NCBI GenBank assembly: GCA_045655785.1
Contig: JAZOPW010000225.1
Coordinates: 1 to 28,686, forward strand
Reading direction: 5' to 3'
DNA: 28,686 bases
Source of the DNA: Eubacteriales bacterium
GTDB lineage: Bacteria; Bacillota; Clostridia; Oscillospirales; CAG-272
The notes under the pieces were generated by a model. It ran no database searches. It saw nothing but the letters and a program-made list of their open reading frames with translations, and was not told where the DNA came from. A program made the translations under genes and the position numbers. Every line of letters starts with the position of its first letter. Position 1 is the first letter of the stretch. Positions 17,060 through 25,491 of the stretch are shown piece by piece.

Positions 17060-17104
17060 CGCTTTGGGGGTGATTTCAGTAGTCACCCCCAAAGCGTTTT
17101 TTAT
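17060..17104. terminator. Terminator between the convergent LRR and HTH genes
   Basis: 14-bp stem CGCTTTGGGGGTGA/TCACCCCCAAAGCG followed by TTTTTTAT. Confidence 0.85.
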
Positions 17105-17105
17105 A

Positions 17106-17282
17106 TCAATGATTTTCTATATGAGCCACCACACTCTCCTTGGGTATTTTCCACCTACTCCCAATCTTAAATCCCTCAATCTGTCTTGTGTGCAACAGCT
17201 CCAGCATGGTGTTTTTGCCAACCTTGAGTATCTGTTGGCACTCCTTTAACGTCATTATTTCGGGGATATTTTCGTACATCAT
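17106..17282 (-). CDS. Excisionase-like helix-turn-helix protein (HTH_17 type, 58 aa)
   Basis: PEIMTLKECQQILKVGKNTMLELLHTRQIEGFKIGSRWKIPKESV; start reassigned to ATG 17282 after RBS AAAGGAG. Confidence 0.85.
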   Translation of the reverse strand: MMYENIPEIMTLKECQQILKVGKNTMLELLHTRQIEGFKIGSRWKIPKESVVAHIENH

Positions 17283-17427
17283 ATCCGCTCCTTTCGTTTT
17301 ATTTTTTGGTTTGCGTTGGTTTGAAACAGACCTTTTTGGTTTGTTTTGCCATCGCAAGCCTTATTTTTTTGTTTATATATTATCGTCTTGTAGGAAACCA
17401 AAATAAAACTTTCAGGAGGATAAAACC

Positions 17428-18603
17428 ATGAACGAAAACACCTACGAACAAAATCAAGAAATTACCACGGAAGTCACCCAAGAAGCCACCCATGTCTGCT
17501 CGGAATGCGGCGCGAAGTTAACCGCCGACGAAGCCCATGAATTTGAGGGACACCTCTATTGCGAGGATTGCCTTGACGATCTGACCGTCCTTTGTGACTG
17601 TTGCTCTACACGGATTTTGCGAGACAACGCAGAGGGCAACGATTCGCTGATCCTTTGCACCCGTTGCTACGAGGATCGCTACACCACCTGCGAGGACTGC
17701 GGGTGTCTGATCCCAACCAACGATGCCTATTACGACGATGACTCGGACTACCCCTATTGCGCAAGCTGCTATCAAAAGCTTCGGGAGCGTCCGATCCATT
17801 CGTACAACTACAAGCCTGAACCCATCTTCTACGGCACGGAAAATGATCTCTACATGGGCGTGGAATTGGAGGTCGACAAGGGGGGTGAATTGGACGAGAA
17901 CGCCGAAAAGATTCTCGACGTTGCAAATTTCTCCAAGGATCACGTCTATTGCAAGCATGACGGAAGCATCCACGACGGTTTTGAGATCGTCAGCCATCCC
18001 ATGACCTTGGAATACCACACGTCCAAGATGAACTGGAAGGAGGTCTTTGAGACGGCATTGGAGATGCGCTACGCGTCCCATAATACCTCAACCTGTGGCT
18101 TTCATATCCATTGTAGTCGCTATGCCTTTGGCGAGGATTCCTATACGCAGGATGCCGCCATCGGCCGTGTGGTCTTCTTCGTTGAAAAGCATTGGAATGA
18201 GCTTGTCCGCTTCTCTCGCCGTCATGCTGATGCTTTGGAACGTTGGGCGGCAAGATATGCGACCATCTCCCCAACAACCAAAGAAACCTTCAAGAAAGCC
18301 AAGGACAAACGCATGGGGAGGTACGTTGCCGTCAATTTGGAGAACTACGAAACCATTGAGTTTCGTCTGTTCAGAGGCACACTTCGCTATGAGACATTCA
18401 TTGCAACCTTGCAGTTGGTATCCGAGATCTGCAACGCTGCCATTGTCCTGACGGACGAGGAAATGGAGAACCTCTCTTGGAGCGATTTTGTTCTTCGTAT
18501 TGACAAAGAGAACCGCTCGGAGCTGATCAATTATCTCAAATTGAAGCAGCTCTACGTCAACGAGCCTGTGTGTGAAATCACTGATGAAAGTGAGGGCATG
18601 TAA
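17428..18603 (+). CDS. Putative amidoligase (COOH-NH2 ligase, Amidoligase_2-like) with N-terminal Cys-rich zinc-binding repeats
   Basis: GVELEV, KHDGSI, GFEIVSHP, CGFHIH, RYVAVN and TIEFRLFRGT motifs; three CxxC-x(16-19)-CxxC units in the N-terminal ~115 aa; RBS AGGAGG. Confidence 0.85.
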   Translation: MNENTYEQNQEITTEVTQEATHVCSECGAKLTADEAHEFEGHLYCEDCLDDLTVLCDCCSTRILRDNAEGNDSLILCTRCYEDRYTTCEDCGCLIPTNDAYYDDDSDYPYCASCYQKLRERPIHSYNYKPEPIFYGTENDLYMGVELEVDKGGELDENAEKILDVANFSKDHVYCKHDGSIHDGFEIVSHPMTLEYHTSKMNWKEVFETALEMRYASHNTSTCGFHIHCSRYAFGEDSYTQDAAIGRVVFFVEKHWNELVRFSRRHADALERWAARYATISPTTKETFKKAKDKRMGRYVAVNLENYETIEFRLFRGTLRYETFIATLQLVSEICNAAIVLTDEEMENLSWSDFVLRIDKENRSELINYLKLKQLYVNEPVCEITDESEGM

Positions 18604-18604
18604 G

Positions 18605-19549
18605 ATGTGCGGATTGTTTGGATTTTCGGATTACAGTGGGAAAAGCACCAAGGGCTTGTCCGACCTTACCAATTCTCTTGCCGAGCAATCTGCGGTCAGA
18701 GGGATTGACGCTACGGGGATTGCTTTTTGTAGACCGGGCGGTATCAACATTCAAAAGGAGGCGAAATCGGCGTATGCTTTGGATTTCAAGCATCCCGATG
18801 ATGTTCCCGCATTGATCGGTCATACAAGGCATTCGACACAAGGGGACGAGAAAAAGAACTTCAACAACCATCCGTTCTACGGAAAGGCAAAAGGCGTCCG
18901 CTTTGCGCTTGCTCATAATGGTGTGCTATTGAACGACGAGGATTTGAGAAAAGAACTGAATCTTCCCAAGACCAAAATCAAGACCGATTCCTTCATTGCG
19001 GTACAGTTGATCGAGAGTCGAAAGGTCTTTAATATCGACAGTATCAAATACATGGCGGAGCAAGTCAAGGGGAGCTTTTCGTTTTCAATCTTGGATGATC
19101 GGAACAACGTCTATCTCGTTAAAGGTGATTCACCGCTCTCGATCCTGCATTTTCCAAAGCAAAAGCTCTACGTCTATGCCAGCACCGAGCCGATTCTCTA
19201 CAAGGCGTTGGTGGATACCAAACTCTTTGATGCGTTGAAGATTGGAGACTATGAGGAGATCCCGATTGAGGAGGGTGAGATTCTTAAGATTCGTCCCGAT
19301 GGAAAGATCGAACGGCATCACTTTCATTATAGCTACTACAAATCCAAGGGCTGGTGGGAGTATGATGGATATGCATCCTATGGTCTATCCTTCGGGAACA
19401 CAACGGGGAGTGAGCGGGATGCCTATATTGATGCATTGAAATCGATTGCGGCATACCAAGGGGTGTCAATTGGTGTAGTCGATGAACTGCTAAAAGAAGG
19501 CTTTACACCGGAGGAAATCGAGGAGTACATTTATGAGTTCGCGTACTGA
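18605..19549 (+). CDS. Class II (Ntn) glutamine amidotransferase
   Basis: Likely start ATG 18605 gives MCGLFG (catalytic Cys2); RGIDATG, GHTRHST, NNHPF, AHNG and TDS motifs; 1 nt after the amidoligase stop. Confidence 0.9.
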   Translation: MCGLFGFSDYSGKSTKGLSDLTNSLAEQSAVRGIDATGIAFCRPGGINIQKEAKSAYALDFKHPDDVPALIGHTRHSTQGDEKKNFNNHPFYGKAKGVRFALAHNGVLLNDEDLRKELNLPKTKIKTDSFIAVQLIESRKVFNIDSIKYMAEQVKGSFSFSILDDRNNVYLVKGDSPLSILHFPKQKLYVYASTEPILYKALVDTKLFDALKIGDYEEIPIEEGEILKIRPDGKIERHHFHYSYYKSKGWWEYDGYASYGLSFGNTTGSERDAYIDALKSIAAYQGVSIGVVDELLKEGFTPEEIEEYIYEFAY

Positions 19550-19718
19550 CAAAGACGACAAAAAAAGAAGAAAATATTGGCGGACGAAGTTGGATCTTAT
19601 CAAAGCAAGAAGTAAGCTGTTTTGCATCCTTTATGCCCCCGTCATCGTTACACTTCTCGAAATTTTTGCAGACGAATATCGAGAATATAAAGCAAAACAC
19701 AAGAACAACAATCCGTAA
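19533..19718 (+). CDS. Possible small hypothetical protein (61 aa)
   Basis: GAGGAG upstream; overlaps the end of the amidotransferase; no recognisable motif. Confidence 0.3.
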   Translation: MSSRTDKDDKKRRKYWRTKLDLIKARSKLFCILYAPVIVTLLEIFADEYREYKAKHKNNNP

Positions 19719-19850
19719 CAAATACACCAATAGGGTACACCCTTGAGAGAGAGTAAGCGTCTGTATCAATAGAGTCGGATTCGGCTTTTTGGAACATGTC
19801 ACCGACAAGGTTAACCCTATTGGGAATCAAAAGAAAGGAATATAAAAACT

Positions 19851-20399
19851 ATGATAATTGGATATATCAGAATTTCCTCTACCGATCAGAACACAGCGCG
19901 CCAAGAAGTACTGATGAAGGAACTGAAGGTGGAACAAATCTTCATTGACCGTATGAGCGGAAAGAACCCCGACCGTCCGGAGCTTAAACGTATGATGAGC
20001 TTTGTACGTGAAGGGGACACGGTGATCGTCGAATCAATCAGCCGATTTGCGAGAAATACTCGTGATCTTCTATCTCTCGTCGAACAACTCTTGGCAAAGA
20101 ACGTGGAATTCAAATCAAACAAAGAAGCCATTGACACGGCAACCCCTACGGGCAAATTCATGCTTACTGTCTTCGGAGCAGTCGCCGAGCTGGAGCGAGA
20201 ATATATTTTGCAACGCCAAAAAGAAGGCATCGCTATAGCCAAGGCGAATGGAATCTATAAAGGGCGTAAACCCATTGAACGCGCAGAGCTTGTCTCGGTT
20301 GTGGCACAATGGAGAGCGGGCAAAATCACAGCAGTTCAGGCAATGAAACAACTGGACATGAAGCCAAGTACGTTTTATAGGAGAGTAAAACAGATATGA
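19851..20399 (+). CDS. Small serine recombinase (resolvase/invertase family)
   Basis: IGYIRISSTDQNTARQ (catalytic Ser), GDTVIVESISRFARN, C-terminal HTH. Confidence 0.93.
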   Translation: MIIGYIRISSTDQNTARQEVLMKELKVEQIFIDRMSGKNPDRPELKRMMSFVREGDTVIVESISRFARNTRDLLSLVEQLLAKNVEFKSNKEAIDTATPTGKFMLTVFGAVAELEREYILQRQKEGIAIAKANGIYKGRKPIERAELVSVVAQWRAGKITAVQAMKQLDMKPSTFYRRVKQI

Positions 20400-20746
20400 G
20401 AGTGTTAATTGTTGAACCGTTGAAACCGCCGTATGAGAGGGATATTGATAGAGGATTGGAATCCATGCAAAAGATCGTAAGTGGATATATCCAAGTCATC
20501 TATCCCTTTGAAGACGAAGAAATTGCTCTGATTTGTAACGAAGAGGGTAAGTTGAGAGAGCTTACTTTTAATCGTGCCTTGAGAGACGGAATCGGAACCA
20601 TATACGACATAGTGGTTGGAACGTTCATTCTCTGTCGGGCACCGGTAGATGAGGGAAATTTTGTAGGTTTGACGGATGAGCAACTTGAATTTTGCAAGAA
20701 GAGATTCGAAGAAATCGATCTGTTTTTAATTGATTTATCACTATGA
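20396..20746 (+). CDS. DUF3846-family protein
   Basis: MRVLIVEP..PPY......LESMQ.IV.GYIQ..YP.....ALICNEEGKL..L.FNR......DIVVGTF pattern; ATGA overlap with the resolvase. Confidence 0.75.
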   Translation: MRVLIVEPLKPPYERDIDRGLESMQKIVSGYIQVIYPFEDEEIALICNEEGKLRELTFNRALRDGIGTIYDIVVGTFILCRAPVDEGNFVGLTDEQLEFCKKRFEEIDLFLIDLSL

Positions 20747-20755
20747 GAATATCGC

Positions 20756-20780
20756 GTAACAGAGGTAACGGATGTAACGG
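20756..20780 (+). repeat. GTAAC direct repeats at 9-bp period
   Basis: GTAAC at 20756, 20765 and 20774. Confidence 0.6.
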
Positions 20781-21005
20781 AGATTTCCAAATCTGCGCCA
20801 TACCATGCCATAAAGGAAAGGCTAGCTCTCTTGAATTGAAGTGATCTGTGGAAAGAATCTCTTAAAAACTGTTAAAAAAACAATTATTTTGAAGAATCTT
20901 CATTTTGGGGATTAACAAAAGGCGTGTTTTATGGTATAATAAATTGTCACATAGATCATATATTGTGATAATTACTTTTAGGAGCGCAATTGATTGCTAT
21001 TGTAA

Positions 21006-21950
21006 ATGAAAGATAAAAAAATTAAAAGAGAGAAAAAAGAAAGAAGATCTTTTCCTGAAAAAGAATATTACCGTGTAGGTATTAATATTGCGACATTGCG
21101 TAATATTCATGGAGAAACACAAGAAGAATTGGCTCTTTCGATCGGAGTTTCCAAAGCTGCTATTTGTAATTATGAAACCGGCAAGCGAATTCCCAACCGC
21201 GATGAATTGCATGCAATAGCAAAGCATTATAATTTAACCGTTTCTCGGTTGATGCGTGGGGATTTTTCAAAAGTTCACATTGAAAAAGATATCATGGTAA
21301 CCGACCCCAATAATATGGCAATAATTCTTGAACGCATATTACCCATTATATCGTCCGAAATCTCTATGGAAAACAAACATTTTAAAAAAGCGTTCGATTT
21401 ACATTGTAAAGTAGCAGAGGATTTGTGCTATTCAAGTGAGAGCCCCGATGCAGCCATGATAGAACAATATACAACACTATATCAAAAAGCAATAGAGGAA
21501 GGTGTCTATGACGCATGTGTCAATAGTCTATGGTGGCCGATGTACATTTTGATAGGAATGTCCCATCTCTCGACATCTCCATTTGATTTGAACGAATCAT
21601 TTTTCAAAGCAACCGCAGACGATATATATCACAAGTTATACATGAGAAATTATGACGATGAAATTGATAAAGCTTGGGAAAAAGGGAAAAAGGAGCTTTT
21701 TGAAGAGATGCGTCCCGATATCATGTCAAATCTTGTATATCTAAAAAATGTTGGAGATCCGGATTTACATGAAATTGCAGATTATTATATCGCTTTAGGG
21801 TATTTGTTTAATGTTTTCAAAACAGATTTATCTGTAGAAGAAAGTCGAATGGTAGGACAAGAACTACTATGTATGTGTATACGTATGAATAATGAATACG
21901 CAAAAACCTTTTTGTCTACTACCAACCAAATAAATAAATCTATAAATTAA
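21006..21950 (+). CDS. XRE-family HTH regulator with a large helical C-terminal domain
   Basis: NIATLRNIHGETQEELALSIGVSKAAICNYETGKRIP; extended -10 TGGTATAAT near 20931-20939. Confidence 0.85.
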   Translation: MKDKKIKREKKERRSFPEKEYYRVGINIATLRNIHGETQEELALSIGVSKAAICNYETGKRIPNRDELHAIAKHYNLTVSRLMRGDFSKVHIEKDIMVTDPNNMAIILERILPIISSEISMENKHFKKAFDLHCKVAEDLCYSSESPDAAMIEQYTTLYQKAIEEGVYDACVNSLWWPMYILIGMSHLSTSPFDLNESFFKATADDIYHKLYMRNYDDEIDKAWEKGKKELFEEMRPDIMSNLVYLKNVGDPDLHEIADYYIALGYLFNVFKTDLSVEESRMVGQELLCMCIRMNNEYAKTFLSTTNQINKSIN

Positions 21951-21967
21951 ATACTGAAAAATAAAAG

Positions 21968-22010
21968 GAATCATCCTAAATGAAAAACCATTTAAGATGA
22001 TTCTTTTTTG
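21968..22010 (+). terminator. Intrinsic terminator after the XRE gene
   Basis: GAATCATCCTAAATG/CATTTAAGATGATTC stem followed by TTTTTT. Confidence 0.8.
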
Positions 22011-22205
22011 TTTTCAAAGAATGTATTTCCCGAAAACTGATAATAAATTCGATTTATTTAAGAATAATTTTCGTGGTACACGGTGTGTGTACGACAAGAG
22101 TTTTTTGATGTGTTAGAATATAGTCACAAGCAAGCGCTTTCTTGATAAAACAAAAAAGGAGAGGGCACCTACACATTGATAGCTACAATGTGTAGGTAAC
22201 AGGAT

Positions 22206-23735
22206 TTGCCTGTTACGCCCGTTACAGTTATGCCAAAAGATAATTATGATCTGATCAACAACACCGAAGAACCTTCCGTATTTAAAGGAAAGGAACCAGA
22301 CGAAAAAATCAAACAGAAAGTTGCTGAAAAAGCAAAAAAAGCATCAGATACTGCTGGCGATCTTAATAAAGTGGCTGATGAATTAATGAAATTCAATATT
22401 GTAGAAGAAGTTTTTGATGAACTTATGCAATCGTATGATTTTATTTCTGTTGAAGAGAAGCTTTATGTGTACGTAAAAGAATTCGGCTATTGGAAATTAA
22501 TAACTGATAGTGAAAGCCAACGCGAATTAAGAAGAAGAGTAGATCGAAAATGGCGAGGGCGTATCAACAAAAATAACCTTCAGGAACTTTATGAGTGGTT
22601 GATATTAGACGCAAGGCACATAGATTCTTCTCGCTTTAGAGAGGGACGTCATTATTTGAATTTTTCTGATGTAGCATATAATTGGAAAAAGGATAAAGTG
22701 ACCAAAGATCGCAAAGCGCTTTATTTTCGCTATGCCTTGAAAGTTCCTTTCAAATGCAAATACGATGAATCGGGGGCTTTTCAAAAATTTTTGACAGATA
22801 TTTTTGACACCGATAAAAATTCTCTTGCAGAATTTCAAAAATTTATAGGACTTGCCCTGAGTGATATTAGAACACTCAAGTATGCGTTCGTATTTTATGG
22901 TCCTTCTAATACGGGTAAATCTGTAACCATGAATTTGCTTCGTTATTTGGTTGGAGCTGAAAATACCGCATCCGTCTCTTTTTCACAGATGTCATCCGAA
23001 TTTCACACTGCCCAACTTCATAACCGACGAATTAACTGTTCTGCCGAAGTTTCCGGAGTAACCCTGTCTCGCTTGGATGTCTTTCGTGCGCTCTGTGGAA
23101 ACGATGAAATCCTAGTGTCCAATAAGATGAAAGATCCTTTTGGCTTTATTAATCGGTGTCTTTTACTGTTTTCCTGCAATGTTCTTCCGAAAATTTCAGA
23201 TCCAATGGAAGCGCAGAGTGTGGTAGAAAGACTCATTATCTTCCCGTTCAACAATGTAAAAAAACGAGAAGAATGGGAGCCCAAATTGGCTGAGCGTCTC
23301 TTTCAGGACTACCCATCCGTTATTGAATTTGCCATTGAAGGACTTCGTTTGTTGGAAAAAGATGATTACACGATCAAAGAAAGTCCGGAAATGCTTCGCT
23401 GCAAAGAACAATATGCGGGCACCTACGACAGTTTTTCCTTATTCGCCCAAGAATACATACAAGCGTCTAAGGATACCAAGATTGCCAGTGCACGCATTAA
23501 AGAAACATACCATCGATATTGTACTCTCAAAGATTGCCAAGAGCTAAACGACAATGTTTGGGGACAGATGCTCAAGCGCGATTTTGATTGTGTCTCTTGT
23601 ACCATGAGCGATAAAAGCACCGGTCAAAGTCATCGTGTTCGTGCATATCAAGGTATTACCTTAAAAAAAGATATCGAGAAATTATTTAATGAAAAAACAC
23701 CCGAAATGACCCTTTCGGATATTTTAAAATGTTAA
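22206..23735 (+). CDS. D5/P4-family SF3 helicase (phage/plasmid primase C-terminal type), no recognisable primase domain; start uncertain
   Basis: D5_N-like region (YLNFSD...), Walker A GPSNTGKS, LLFSCN, C-terminal wHTH-like segment. Confidence 0.88.
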   Translation: MPVTPVTVMPKDNYDLINNTEEPSVFKGKEPDEKIKQKVAEKAKKASDTAGDLNKVADELMKFNIVEEVFDELMQSYDFISVEEKLYVYVKEFGYWKLITDSESQRELRRRVDRKWRGRINKNNLQELYEWLILDARHIDSSRFREGRHYLNFSDVAYNWKKDKVTKDRKALYFRYALKVPFKCKYDESGAFQKFLTDIFDTDKNSLAEFQKFIGLALSDIRTLKYAFVFYGPSNTGKSVTMNLLRYLVGAENTASVSFSQMSSEFHTAQLHNRRINCSAEVSGVTLSRLDVFRALCGNDEILVSNKMKDPFGFINRCLLLFSCNVLPKISDPMEAQSVVERLIIFPFNNVKKREEWEPKLAERLFQDYPSVIEFAIEGLRLLEKDDYTIKESPEMLRCKEQYAGTYDSFSLFAQEYIQASKDTKIASARIKETYHRYCTLKDCQELNDNVWGQMLKRDFDCVSCTMSDKSTGQSHRVRAYQGITLKKDIEKLFNEKTPEMTLSDILKC

Positions 23736-23751
23736 AAGAAGGAGACTGTAA

Positions 23752-23892
23752 ATGATGAAACAGGAACGAAATATAACTTTTTTATCTTCTGCACTTAATC
23801 TTTCTGTCGAAGAGCATCTCAATATGCTTTGTCAGATAATGGAAGCCGCGGAACCAGACAGGCATTCGTCCGAGCAGATAACAGCCGCATAA
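23752..23892 (+). CDS. Small ORF (46 aa) between the helicase and the integrase
   Basis: RBS GAAGGAG; MMKQERNITFLSSALNLSVEEHLNMLCQIMEAAEPDRHSSEQITAA; not in the ORF track. Confidence 0.5.
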   Translation: MMKQERNITFLSSALNLSVEEHLNMLCQIMEAAEPDRHSSEQITAA

Positions 23893-23935
23893 CTACTTGA
23901 GTTTCTACATTTTTCCATGAAAGGAGGTGAGCAGA

Positions 23936-25453
23936 ATGAAGCGAGCCATTGCTTATGCGAGATTTTCCAGTGATCTTCAGCGCGAAGAGTCTATCGATGC
24001 GCAAATCCGCGCCATCCGTAAATATTGCGACGAGAACGATTTCGTTCTGCTCGCTACCTTTGCGGACAAAGGAATTTCGGGCACCTCGGACAATCGTCCC
24101 GAATTTCAAAAAATGATTTCGACAGCAATCAAAGGAGAAGTGGACGCAGTGATCGTCCACAAGCTCGACAGATTTGCCCGCAACCGCTATGACTCGGCAT
24201 TTTACAAAAATATTCTGAAAAAGAATAATGTCAAGCTGATCTCGGTGCTCGAAAATCTACAAGATAGTCCCGAAAGCGTAATCCTTGAGTCGGTTATTGA
24301 AGGCATGAATGAATATTATTCTCTGAACCTCTCTCGTGAGGTTCGGAAGGGTTTGCAGGAGAATGCGCTTGAATGCAAGGTCACAGGCGGTCCTCCCGCA
24401 CTTGGATATTCGGTTGACCGCTCCACACAAAAATACGTGATCAATGAATATGAGGCGGAAGCCGTTCGTATGATCTTTCGAATGTATTTGGACGGCTACT
24501 CCTACACCGAAATCATTAGTGAGCTGAATCGAAAGGGATATCGCACACGTCGCGGACTTCCGTTTGCAAAAAACTCGTTGTATGAAATTCTTCGAAATGA
24601 GCGGTATAAGGGCGATTACATCTATGTGAAAGATGCTACCAAGAATCCCAAGGGTAAGTATGTCCGCCATGGCAAATACGATCCCGAAGCTGTGATCAGA
24701 ATCCCCGGAGGGATGCCACAAATCATCTCTCCCGAGGATTTTGATCGAGTGCAAATTAAGATGAAAGAGCGTCAGCATAAAGCTGCCAAATTCTCCGCTA
24801 AACAAGAGTATTTGTTGAGCGGCAAGATCTACTGTGGCGAGTGCGGAAGCCCCTATGCAGGAAATTCCCGCAGACCTCGCCCAGGGCATCCAATGTACGT
24901 TTCCTACAAATGCACAAGACGCAACCAACGAGACAAGTACTGCAAGAACCCAGAGATCAATCGGGACAAGCTGGAGCAATTGGTATTGGATCGGTTGTCA
25001 AAGGTGCTTTTTAATCCCAATGTGATTCCGCAGCTTGTAAAGCAGTACAACGAATACATAGCCGAGAAGACCGGGAGTGCCAAGGAACGAACTCTTGCAT
25101 TACAGACAGAGCTTCGTGATGTGGAGCGGAAGATTACCAACACGGTCAATCTCATGGTTGAAACCGGATCTTCCGCCTTTAAAAACAAGCTGTTTGAGCT
25201 GGAACAGACCAAGGAAAAGCTATTGTTTTCTCTGAATGAAGCAGAGGCGGCATTGAAGCAAGAGACCTTCTCCGAGGATCAAATCCGTAAACTCTTTCAT
25301 ACCGCCGAGCAGCAGCTCAAGAACGGTACATTAGCGAATCGACGTATGGTGATCGATCAGTATATCAACAAGGTTCTCATTTATCCCGATAAGATTGAGG
25401 TGTATATGAATCTTATGAGTGATTATACGGTGAAGGAAACGATTAAGCAATAA
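23936..25453 (+). CDS. Large serine recombinase (integrase)
   Basis: AYARFSS (catalytic Ser), DKGISG, HKLDRFARN, recombinase domain, Zn ribbon LLSGKIYCGECG...YKC...C and coiled coil. Start ATG 23936 after AAGGAGG. Confidence 0.95.
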   Translation: MKRAIAYARFSSDLQREESIDAQIRAIRKYCDENDFVLLATFADKGISGTSDNRPEFQKMISTAIKGEVDAVIVHKLDRFARNRYDSAFYKNILKKNNVKLISVLENLQDSPESVILESVIEGMNEYYSLNLSREVRKGLQENALECKVTGGPPALGYSVDRSTQKYVINEYEAEAVRMIFRMYLDGYSYTEIISELNRKGYRTRRGLPFAKNSLYEILRNERYKGDYIYVKDATKNPKGKYVRHGKYDPEAVIRIPGGMPQIISPEDFDRVQIKMKERQHKAAKFSAKQEYLLSGKIYCGECGSPYAGNSRRPRPGHPMYVSYKCTRRNQRDKYCKNPEINRDKLEQLVLDRLSKVLFNPNVIPQLVKQYNEYIAEKTGSAKERTLALQTELRDVERKITNTVNLMVETGSSAFKNKLFELEQTKEKLLFSLNEAEAALKQETFSEDQIRKLFHTAEQQLKNGTLANRRMVIDQYINKVLIYPDKIEVYMNLMSDYTVKETIKQ

Positions 25454-25459
25454 TTGATA

Positions 25460-25485
25460 AAGGGAAAGGCGCCCGCCTTTCCCTT
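25460..25485. terminator. Hairpin terminator between the convergent integrase and HEPN genes
   Basis: AAGGGAAAGGC-GCCC-GCCTTTCCCTT. Confidence 0.8.
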
Positions 25486-25491
25486 GTTAAG

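Noticed and set aside
17518-25212. Minus-strand ORFs opposite the amidoligase, amidotransferase, resolvase and integrase (e.g. 187, 118, 240 aa)
   Set aside because: They are antisense shadows of genes with clear catalytic motifs.
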